DNA of 64,000 nucleotides from Strigamia acuminata (Eukaryota): NCBI GenBank assembly GCA_949358305.1, contig OX442314.1, positions 22,506,001 to 22,570,000 of the forward strand, read 5' to 3'. Shown piece by piece: positions 1 to 10,500 of this stretch (position 1 is its first letter; each line of letters starts with the position of its first letter). The notes under the pieces were generated by a model. It saw only the letters and a program-made list of their open reading frames with translations, ran no database searches and was not told where the DNA came from. The position numbers and the translations under genes were made by a program.

Positions 1-299
1 ATGTGCACAATTGGATATATTTTTTTTGAGTTACGAACTCGACGCATCGGGCGATCAATGTCTCACGATCCACCAAAGCCGCAGCCGCGTATTATTCTTT
101 TGGTTTTGCAGTTTATTTTAGCGGTTTTCAAGTTTCTGGATCGTAATGATTCGTCTACACAATACTCGGATTCAACGAACAACGAACTTGAAGAGTTTCC
201 TTTTTGTTAAAATAATTTTATTTATACTTGTAGAAAATAAATCCGTAATTGATAAATATTCCCAATAATATCAAATTCGAACGTGGCATTCGCTTTTCT

Positions 300-2208
300 T
301 TAATTCTCGTCCGACCTGTCTTCGCTGCTCGCCGACCAAATTAACAAATACGAGAGGCAAACGGCGAGAACGGCCATCGAAATCGTTAGCAGAAGAACTA
401 GAAACAAACAAACAAAACGTCAAGAAAAACATTCCAAAATCAAATTAAGTAAATGAAGCAACACCTAGTAAGTTGCACGTCGATTTCGATGTGGTCGGAA
501 TGGAAAGAATGTCGGACGTGGACGGAACCAAACAGCCGCGCTCCGACGGCACCCGCTGCAAATCACCTTCTTCTAATCAAACACAGAATTAAAATTATAA
601 TTATTTCTATCAATACAATACAATAAGAACAATGCAATTTACCCGCCAACCGTTCGTATTGGAATTCCACTTGATCTTCGGTCAAATCCAATCCGAGCAA
701 TTCTTTGTAGGCCGCCAACGAATCCCGCGCTTTTTCGCCCGGAAATAGGTAGTCCGAGACCGTGATATCGCTTCCGGTTAGGTTGGCGAACACTCGGCGC
801 GGCGGTTCGTGAACTACGTTCGGGTCCTGTTGATCTTCGTCGATTAAGAGAAGATCTAGAAGATCTTCGCAGTGGATTTCGCAACGCGCGATCAAACTGC
901 GAATGATGTCCTGTCGCACGGCCTCTTCCGCTTCGCCCACGGTCGCTCGCGCGTGCACGTACGAGCGGCTCTGGAGGGTTCCTCGCAGCTGCATCTTGAA
1001 TTGGCATTCTTCGATCACGCAGGCCGATTCGTCGCCAATTCGGGACAGCTGTTGCATGTAAACGTCGGCGGAGTGAAGTTTCTCGCTCGAAACGGATTCC
1101 TTGCTCTTCGCTTTCTGCTGCGTTTTACTCGTCGCTTCTTCCAAAAATTCGTTTGCCTTTCGCACTTTGCCGTTCACCGATACCATGCTCATTTTAAGCG
1201 CCGTGAAAAAAGGCAAAACCCCCGCCTTGTCAAGGAAAAAATTAAATTAAATTAAATTAAATTAAATTAAAATGTACAACTTACGTGAATTTGCTTGTGG
1301 AGCGAACACGTGGTTTGATCCGCGTTGAACGGAAAGGAAAAATCCAAGGCGACGCGACAATCTAAGCGATGCCACGTTGAGTGCACTTGATATTTAAATT
1401 CGGCAGGTTTAATGAAATTCTGCAAATTTGATACGTCTAAACTTCTGGCCACCACCCTGCAATTAACATCAAACCAAATCATCACAATTCAATTCCAATT
1501 CCAATTCCCTTCTCCTTTACTTCTCATTCGTGGAACAAACGTGAAGAATCACTTTATCCATCGCGGCGCTTGACGAAATTTGGAATTCATTACGATCCAA
1601 AAACTTAAAAACCGCTAAAATAAACTGCAAAACAAAAAGAATAATATGAATAATATTTTCAAAAATTTAATTTTGACCACTCATCGCGACCTGTTTGATT
1701 TTTTGATACGTTTGAGCAGGTAAGGCATCCGCTGGACTGACCACAAATATGCCTAAAATGTTTAATCCACCTGGCAACATTCGCACAACCTGCAAACAAA
1801 CAATGCCAGCAATTTTAGAAACAAACCCATCTGCCATTAGTTGACAATATCAAATTTCAATACTTGTCTGGCTTGCTGTATGATCCATTTCTCGTCCTCA
1901 TCCTCCCAGTGTATTTGCTTCGCTTCCGCCTTATTCGACTTCTGGCTCTTTTTCTCGTTCCCCGACGTGTTTACATCCTTCGGAAGCGGCGCCAAATGGC
2001 ACACGATGTCTTTTTGGCAGGTTGACTGCAAACGACAACAATTTTTAAATTTAATCATAATCATTCGCATTCGTTGCCTTAAAGGCCAAAGGTCCGAGTC
2101 CGTTCAATTCACCTGGCCGATGACCAAACCCACGAGAGATTCCTTTAAAGCGGACAACGAATGAATCGAGTTTTGTACATTCTCTTCCGCGAGTACCAGG
2201 CGTCCCAT
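300..2208 (-). CDS. ODR4: Odorant response abnormal protein 4 (ODR-4) homolog, about 8 exons, C-terminal TM anchor
   Basis: Spliced translation: MGRLVLAEE..LVGLVIGQ (2113-2208), STCQKDIVCHLAPLP..WIIQQARQ, VVRMLPGGLNILGIFVV, DIIRSLIARCEIHCEDLL..HEPPRRVF..VSDYLFPGE. Hydrophobic last exon (300-397) VLLLTISMAVLAVCLSYLLIW..DEN*. GT-AG junctions are in phase where checked. Confidence 0.88.
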
Positions 2209-2679
2209 CTTCGCTTCAGTGAAGTTGGAAATTGAAAATTCTCTTCTTAGGACTAATAAACATATGGGCAAATGTCGACAAAATGCGAGGACGAGTCGAG
2301 AGACGAGGCACACGGTGACTCTGGCGCCAATTATAGGTGGGGCACAAAACAACTACGGCTAAGCTCGGAGACCGAGACGATAAACTTTGGAGTTTGAAAC
2401 TGCCTCTATTCTCTCGAAGACTCGAACCTCGCCATTTTGAAACCAAAAAGCCGCGTGCGGTGAGCATTATTTCGTTCCAGATTTTGATTTTTGAGGACCA
2501 GCTGAATCCGGAATCCCCTAGTTCCAGTTCAGTTACGAAAGACGACAACAACTCAGAATTATACTGGAAATGGAAGCTTCGTATCGCATCGCATTTTCAT
2601 TTGAGCAACACCCTCATAAGTTACTCAAAGATTATGTATCAGTTTTAGTTTTGACATATTTACTTGTTTTGTTTAGAAC

Positions 2680-2929
2680 ATGGATTCGGACGCGATGGAC
2701 GCGGAGACTTATCCAGAGTCCGTATGCGTAAGACACATTAAATTACAAATGTAAATAACGAAATGAAAACCATTTTTAGAGTGACCGAAATTGACTCGAA
2801 TAGATTTCTGTCAAGTTTGAATCCATTTGCCAGCCGTAAATTGGTAGAAATGCCCATAGCGAGGTACGGTGACGAGTACAATATGAAACACAATAGAACC
2901 GAGAAATCGCTCTCGTTTTCAACCACAAG
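2680..2929 (+). pseudogene. 5' fragment of an effector caspase (DrICE/Dcp-1/caspase-3/7-like), frameshifted and truncated
   Basis: MDSDAMDA.. prodomain, then MPIARYGDEYNMKH (2850-2891), and after a frameshift NREIALVFNHK (to 2929). This matches the start of the insect effector caspase large subunit (MP..RY..EYNM.H..RG.ALIFNH). No SHG or QACxG motif was found downstream. Confidence 0.75.
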
Positions 2930-3325
2930 TCACCTGTATGTTCACTCAGTAAAAAAAAAGGTATATTTCAATTTTATTTTTTTAATCTTTATTTTCAATG
3001 TTAAAATTAAATCAAATCTTAATTTACTGTCAATAAAAATGGCTGTTACCATGTTTGCAACTCATCTGCTCAATCAATCAGAGAGCTTGGGTGTTGCTAT
3101 TATTCACATATAGTTTCCTGAAAAAACACGTAAAAGATCATAAAAAAAAGCGATTAAAACTGAAAAGATTATTAAAAATCATAAAAAAAAAACGATTAAA
3201 AATGAAAAAAATAACGGAAAAAATCATAAAAAAAATAGCTAAAGACTGAAAAAAAAACTTAAGAAATCATAAATAAAATGATTAACCAGTTGAAAAACAT
3301 TAAAAGCCTATAAAAAAATGGCGTT

Positions 3326-3448
3326 AATGCACGCCGGCGAGCGCATTTACCCGGTACTTCACTGCAGCACACCTGTTAAGAAACGGTTGTGATGCAGTGG
3401 AGCACCGAGTAAATGCGCATGCGCGCTAGCAGCCCACCGGTGCGCATT
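3326..3448. repeat. GC-rich imperfect palindrome (foldback/MITE-like)
   Basis: Arm GCGCATTTACCCGGTACTTCACTGCAGCACA starting at 3341 is an inverted repeat of TGTGATGCAGTGGAGCACCGAGTAAATGCGC ending at 3418. A weaker outer inverted pair lies at 3326 and 3448. Confidence 0.8.
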
Positions 3449-3489
3449 TTTAAATAAAAACGGTGTTTTTAAGATGTTAGGCCAGTGTG

Positions 3490-4396
3490 CAGTGTTGTGC
3501 GCGGTACACACAACATGGACCGCGGTCCCGGTACGCGTTACTGTACCGGCCGCAAAAAAGTAACGCGGTCCCGGTACGCGTTACTTCGAACGATACCGCG
3601 GTCCCGGTACGCGTTACACCGTGTACCGCGTTCCAATACCGCGGTCCCGGTACAGTACCGGGACCGCGATTTTGCGGTACATCTCGCGATACGCGAGATT
3701 CTCGAGAAAACACGAGATTCTCGGTGCTTTCTTTCCATATCTCCATATCTCCAATAGTATTATACCAATTTAAAAATTGTTTGTTTATTTACAGGAATGC
3801 ACAGTTCTAAAAATAAAAATTCATATATTTTTATCGAGGTCCAGAAAAAAAAAACTTATAATACTTTTAAATTTTTATTTTGACTCATTTACGTAATTAT
3901 ATATAAATAATATAATATAAACACCAAAATAAAACAAAAATGACCAAAATAAAACAAAAATGACCAAAATAAAACAAAAATGACCAAAATAAAACAAAAG
4001 TGACCAAAATAAAACAAAAATGACCAAAATAAAACAAAAATGATCAAAATAAAACAAAAATGACCAAAATAAAACAAAAAATTCCTGGTTCCTGCAAATA
4101 AGAGACAAATTAAAAACAGTTTTTAAATTGGTATGGGAAAACGAGAGAAAACACGATATTCTCGTGTTTTCTCGCGTTTTCCCGTGGACCGCGAGATGTA
4201 CCTCAAAAGCGGTCCGCGGTACACGTATTTATAAAAGTACCGCGGTCCCGGTACGCGGTACTGTACCGGCCTTAAAAAAATACCGCGGTCCCGGTACTCA
4301 CCACCGCAAAAGTAACGCGGTCCCGGTCCCGGTACAGTACCGCGTACCGGCGGTCCAGGACCGCCGGTACAGGACCGCGTACCGCGCACAACACTG
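3490..4396. mobile_element. Non-autonomous hAT-superfamily element (MITE), 907 bp
   Basis: Perfect 18-bp TIRs CAGTGTTGTGCGCGGTAC (3490-3507 and 4379-4396). Perfect 8-bp TSD CCAGTGTG (3482-3489 and 4397-4404). Many subterminal CGCGGTCCCGGTAC motifs. No transposase ORF. Confidence 0.92.
3923..4080. repeat. 20-bp minisatellite (TGACCAAAATAAAACAAAAA), about 8 copies, inside the hAT MITE
   Basis: Seven full units at 3941-4080 plus one partial unit; only two substitutions among the full units. Confidence 0.95.
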
Positions 4397-5675
4397 CCAG
4401 TGTGTTACCATTGGTAACACACTTTATAGTGCCAATCTCCAAAGCCAAATCAATAATCATTAAAATAAACAAATATTTTCAAATGAAACAAAAATAAATG
4501 CAAATATCAGTTGAAAACACAAAACAGTTTATTATTTCCTAAATAAAATTAATGTTTACAAATACAAACTAGCAGCTAATACTATATCCCGCTTAATTAA
4601 CCGAATTCATTCTTCAAACTTATTTTCTAACTCAACATTTTGAATCACTTTGGCAGCTTTGGCAGCTTTGACACATTTGCGATAAAAGTTTCTCCAATCT
4701 TCGTATGCAACGAATGATGCTGCCTGAAATAAAATAAACATTAACTCAACACAAGAAACTAAGATAAAATTCTCATATTTATTTATTTAACATTAATTAA
4801 ATCATAAAATAAAAATAAAAAAAACATTTGGAGGTCAAAATTGGGACTGAGAGGATTAAAGCCCCCATTTCAGGTGGAGGCCCCAGGCTCCACTGACCAC
4901 AGGTGGTCTTTAAGCTGTTGTGGAGAGAATAGGTGCGTTGTTATAAAAAGTAGGGGACTGGACCCCATAGGATCCCATGTTAAACTTCATTTCTGCTCCA
5001 AAAATGACATTTTAAATATATTTTGGGTTTCGATTATTTAGCTGTAAAAGTGTTGGGCTAACCTAACCTTTAACCTCTCTCGATTTAAAGGTTATACATC
5101 CATAAAATTTCAATTTTGTGGCTTTCGATTATTTAGTGTTGGCTAACCTAACCTAATTAAAACAACATCGGTTATATTCACTTCAATTTGTGAAATATAA
5201 GAATTAAAATCATATATCTCTCTGAAATCCATAACCTTTAACCTACCTAAGATATAGGGTTAATATATAGAAAAACAAAAAAAAAACAAAAAAAAAAAAA
5301 CAAATTACTTTGTCAGTTGAGCTTCTAGTTCTTCCGTTCGTTCGTTCGTTCGTTTCCATTTTTTTTTCCACTTTGGAAAAATATGGAATTGTGTCCCCCG
5401 TATGAATGCCTCTTCTTCTTCTGATGAGCAAAAAATTGAAACGTCCAGCGTGGAAACAGTAGCCCTTTCAATCGTAAGGAGGAAGGGGAACTGATTTATG
5501 ATGGGGTTCGATGCTCTTTATATACACTCTTAATTAGGTCAATGAACTAGTTCATTATTCACAGGTAAACGATCTCTGATTGGCTGTTTCTAACTTTTTC
5601 TACCGTTTCACCCTCAAAATAATGAACTAGTCCACTTTGAAAAATTATAGAATTAAATACTGCGTGTCTGGGACG

Positions 5676-5806
5676 TGTCGAGGGATAGACTGTCAAGAGA
5701 ATGCCTGGCCAAGATGTCGAGTGATTGAGTGTCGAGAGATTGCCTGGTCGAGGGATTGCGTGTGCAGATATTGCCTTGTCGAGGGATAGACTGTCGAGAG
5801 AATGCT
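5676..5806. repeat. Degenerate ~15-16 bp tandem array (TGTCGAGRGATWGMC), probably TE-internal
   Basis: About 8 units of TGTCGAG-like cores; CTAACCTAACCT motifs nearby at about 5058 and 5143. Confidence 0.65.
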
Positions 5807-5993
5807 ACCCCATCCACGCTAATTGCCTTAAGTGAGTTGGGCTGGCAGAAAAAGTTTAGCACCACATTCAAAAAGTCACAAAAAAAATCGGTTTCTTCAG
5901 AAAATCATTGTTTATTTGAACAATACATTTCAATATTTTGTTGGATAACCAAAATTTTGTATGTGATTGTGCAGACCAAGTCAAAACCTAAAT

Positions 5994-6407
5994 GTGATGG
6001 GTTTGGAACACTAAGCAATTGACTTGACTTTATGCATAGAATCATTTTTCTGCTGAAATATCCATGTCAAAGGGAGTTCATCATCTGCAAACGGAAGCAC
6101 AACAATCCTCTAATACTTTTTTATAAGTATATTGGTCCATGATACTCTTAATTTAATGTTTTAGACCGATACCCATACGGAAAAACCATCCCAATAGTAA
6201 AATGGCTTGGTGATGGTTTCCAGTATGGGTATTGGTCCACAACATTAAATTAAGGGTATTATGGACCAATATACGTATAAAAAAGTATTGAAGGATTGTT
6301 ATGCTTCCATTTGCAGATGATGAACTGCCTTTGACTTGGATATTTCAGCAGAAAAATGATTCTAAGCATAAAGTCAAGTCAATTGCTCAGTGTTCCAAAC
6401 CCATCAC
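5994..6407. mobile_element. Tc1/mariner transposase fragment arranged as a ~410-bp palindrome
   Basis: 5994-6194 is the near reverse complement of 6207-6407. The right arm translates, with a stop and a frameshift, as GIGPQH*IKGIMDQYTYKKVLKD/VMLPFADDELPLTWIFQQKNDSKH, the Tc1 FQQDNDPKH region. Confidence 0.88.
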
Positions 6408-6421
6408 GTTTGGAACCAGGA

Positions 6422-6995
6422 ATGGATATGTCTAAATTTGATAATGAAGTGATGAATGAACAAGATGTTAAAAATGGGATAATGAATCTGTTAATTGTTA
6501 ATAAAAATAAATTTTTTTTTTTAAATAACTACAGTATTTTAGCTAAATAATGATGAAGGTACGATGATAAAGAAGGGATCCAACATAGTAAAGCGTCAGG
6601 CAACTGAAGTACCGGTAGTTAATTAATTTTTTTTACGAACCAAATCACATTTTATTTTACACGTAATTTATATTATTACAGGACGATGTTTCCATTCGAA
6701 CGAGAGTAAAAAATATGTATAAAAGAGTGGTTCGATATTACGTCTGCTCAATTAATAGAATTGTAACGTTAAATAAACTCTAAATTTGTTTAAAATAATC
6801 TTGATAATAATTGTTCTCTTTTTAAGGGCGAAGATAAAGAAGCTTCCAGTATAGTCAAGGAGTACATGATAAAGTACGAAGGCATAGTCCCTGCAAAGGT
6901 AAACAGTAGTAAAGACATCGAAAATCGAACACCTCATAATTCAATCACATTTTTGTTGTCATTTGCAGGTGGCTAGGTATGCTTGCAAGTGGTAG
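6422..6995 (+). CDS. Putative small 5-exon gene of unknown function (5' end uncertain)
   Basis: Exons 6422-6466, 6543-6614, 6682-6762, 6827-6898 and 6969-6995 join through phase-0 GT-AG introns of 64-76 nt into one ORF ending ..PAKVARYACKW*. AATAAA at 7002. Confidence 0.55.
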
Positions 6996-7564
6996 GATCA
7001 AAATAAAGAAATTGGCAAAATACTTTATGTAATTAAATTATTAAAGAAAGGAATAAAATAAAAATGGGCATCTATATCTACATCGCTTCAGTTACTTTTT
7101 TTGATTCACACACATCTCAGATCTCAAATGCTGCCTATAAGATGCGTGTTTAAAAATTTTAATTCTTGTATTTTATTGGCACGACTCCTAAGCTTTGTTA
7201 ATCTATTTAGATCTCCCGTGGTGCATTAAACACTACAAGACCTTCATCCATATGATTATCAAGTAAATCGCTTGGCATCGTCTGCTATCGCAGAGGTTTG
7301 TGACTTCACGCCGCCTCATTGGCTGGATACGTTGTATGGCGTCGACACCCAAAACGTCACACATTCCGCCGTATGTTTAAAATATTTAACTCCAGAGAGC
7401 AGCAAATGCATCATGTGACCACGATGGCGACGCGCAACAAATTTCGTTATACGATAAATGTGTAAAACGTCGTTTTTCTGTAAGTAAGCAATTTGTGTAC
7501 TGTATGCAGACGATTCATCGGTCTAACTATTGCTCCTAAACCATTTTGATTTGTTTAGAAGGTG

Positions 7565-10500
7565 ATGGAAATCAACGAAGAAAGCGTCGTTACTCTTTTG
7601 AGCATGGGCTTTCCTGACGAGTGTGAGGTCCGTCGTGCTCTGAGGATTGCGAAAAATGATTTAAACGAGGCTGTTGCCGTTTTAACCAACGATCAGAGCA
7701 GTCAGAATTATCTGATGGACGTCAACGAGGCAGAAATGGAAATGGCCAATTCAAAAAATAAAGAAATCGTTTCGTCGGTGCCTCCTTCGTACGAGGAAGT
7801 CGTTGAAAGCGAGGTATTATAATCACTGTTAATTGATTGCAGTTATTTACAATTATTTTTTACACAATATGTTTAATGATAAACTGAAAATAAACGATGA
7901 ATCAGACGAAATGTACCTGCAACCAATCAATCAATTAATCAATCATCAATCAATCACGATAAGTGAAATTGATTTTGATTAAATTTTTTTTTTCTTTTTA
8001 GAAAAATGGATCGAGTAAACCAGATTCTCCAGTTGAATTTCCAGTTGCTAATTTATACGAATTGGAATCAAGGGTGTTTGTTGAATCTTGGTCCATTCCC
8101 TACAAACGGGAAGAATCGCTTGGAAAATGTCTTTTGGCGGCTATTCGACTGTCAAAGGAAGGTTTATGTAATGCCGATGAAAATTGTAAACGGTTTATGG
8201 ATAGATGTATGCCGGAAGCTTTTAAAAAGGTCTGAAAATGTTTAAAATAATTGAAAATTTTCGATTTATTAATTTTGTTTTTCATCTAGTTGCTGACATC
8301 TGCCGCTGTACGAAGATGGGGTCCCGAAATACAAGAAGGAATCTACAGTATGCTTGAACTTCTAGTTGATGTAGTTGTTGAACGGCTGAAGTGTGGTCCA
8401 ATACCAGAAATGTTGCTTTTTAATACTTTTTCTTTGGTAAAAAAATCAATATTTTTAAATTAAAATTGATTAATCAAAATGTTTATTTTACAGGCACTTG
8501 ATCCGGAATGTGAATGGCACATTAAAAATAAATCCCGGCGATGGAGTTTACTTCACTGGGAAGAGGTTTTTGGACAGGGACAGTATTATGCATCGAGTCC
8601 TCCAGCTAGTTTCTTTAAAGATTCAAACGGGTGGCTCGTAGATCTCATAAACAGGGTATTAGTTGCAATTTAAACTGTTAAAGATGTACAATAACAAGTG
8701 TAATTTGTTTAGTTTGCAGAGAGAGGTGGTTTTCAGCATGTCCAGGCTAAATTTGATGAGGATATACAAGACACTGTACGATTGATCTCACTTTGTAACT
8801 TCATTTTTTAAAATTTATTTATTAATATTGGTTTATTCGTTTAGGCCATGTGTTCGCTGTTAAAACCGTTTGGATTGTGCGCCGAGTATTTTAATTCGAG
8901 CGTAGTTTGTCCAATTTTGTCGCCGTGCATGGACAAAGCTGTCATTTATATACAATCGTTGCAAAATTGTGATTTAAAGCGAAAGGTGATTTGGTTTCTG
9001 CTAGTTTTGAATTGAAATTTTGATTTGATTTTATTTGTTTACGTTTATAGAAAGTGAGTGCCATCACCGAGTTGTTATCGGCAATGAAATTGCTTTGCGT
9101 TCATTTATGGCCCAATAAAGTTGAGATGATGAATAATCTGCGGCTCGAAATCATATTACGAATGTTAAAATCATCTCATTTCAATTCAAGAATGAATGCC
9201 TTGAAAGAAGTGACGAAACTTATTGACGAAGCCACTTCGATTAAGGCCAATAAAGTTGCGCTGGATTCTGACTCTCTGCTGGAGTGGATTGCAGAATCAA
9301 ATGTTTTGTCAATTGCATTAGAAGGCGTGTACAATTGGTATATTTTTGTTTTTATTTTATTAAATAATCAATTTTTTTTTCTTTTTTCTTTTTTTTTAGG
9401 AAATATTGATCATGTTCAATACACCGATCGGTTAAAAACTATTGTCGAATTTTTAGGACATCGGTTGTCATTGGAAGAATTAACAAAAATATGGAAAATG
9501 CAGGTAGGTATTTTTCTTCTTTTTTATGTATTTATCGACAAAATTTCATTCATTTTCGTTTGATTTTTTGTAGATTGATCAGAACAATCAAGTTGTAGAT
9601 AATATTTATGCAATCATGGCTGCGGCATCGGCTAAGTTTAATGCTCAGCAATTTGATCATTTGTTCACGTTGATTCAGAAAGTAATATTTTCTAGCGTGA
9701 AAAGTTTTAATCTCATGTTTTATTAATTGAATTTTAGAATTGGCAAGAAGAAAATGTTGGAATGAGAGAAAAATTATTAACTCTAATAGGAAAAATTGGG
9801 AGAGAGGCGAGACCAGGAAAAACGTCGACGAAAGTATAAGAAATGCAAATTGATCTATTAAAATATTAAATTAAAAAAAAATTTATAATTTTTTTTTTAG
9901 GTTTTGGATTTGCTTTGGGATTTAGCACATTTGCCATCACTGCCAACTCATCTCATCGAACAGTCTTTAGAAGAACATATGTCTATTCTTAATGATCCTG
10001 CATTTAAAGATCAAGTGAAAAAGAATTATGTTAATAAATGTGTGGAAGATATTAAAAAAGTATCTAAAAATTCATTTTTAACCATTAAATTGATAATATT
10101 TATTCATTCATTCATTTATTTATTTATCATAGGGGTGTTGCGTTTTACCTGCAATTAAACAGTTAAATAACATTGCTCACAGTATTGCCAAACCGTCGAT
10201 ACACAAACAGGATAAGGCAGCACTTACTGATCTAAATAAAACCCACGAGGTTGTTAAGTTGATTACGTCCAGCTTAAACAAGTGCCATAAATTAAGTTTG
10301 AGCGTTCTTGGGGAGTGTAAATTAGGACCAGATGTGATTATTGATAATCGTTACACTCATCGTGAAGTAATCGATATTTATTTTCGAGTGAAAATTATAA
10401 TAATTGATTCTATTTTTTTTTTTTTTTTAGTTTGTTAATTGTCATCTGAATTTTCTACAGTTTATGTTACAAGAAGGTGATTTGTATTTAACGTGGAGTC

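Noticed and set aside
639..1255. Alternative-frame and antisense ORFs over the large ODR-4 exon
   Set aside because: Shadows of a GC-rich coding exon.
3055..3320. Lys-rich ORF
   Set aside because: Degenerate A-rich repeat with no splice or homology support.
3923..4080. CRISPR-like regular repeat
   Set aside because: Units are contiguous with no unique spacers, there are no cas genes and the context is eukaryotic; it is a minisatellite inside a MITE.
3477..4472. Several overlapping ORFs (GPGTVPGPR- and FVLFWS-rich)
   Set aside because: By-products of MITE subterminal repeats and the 20-bp array.
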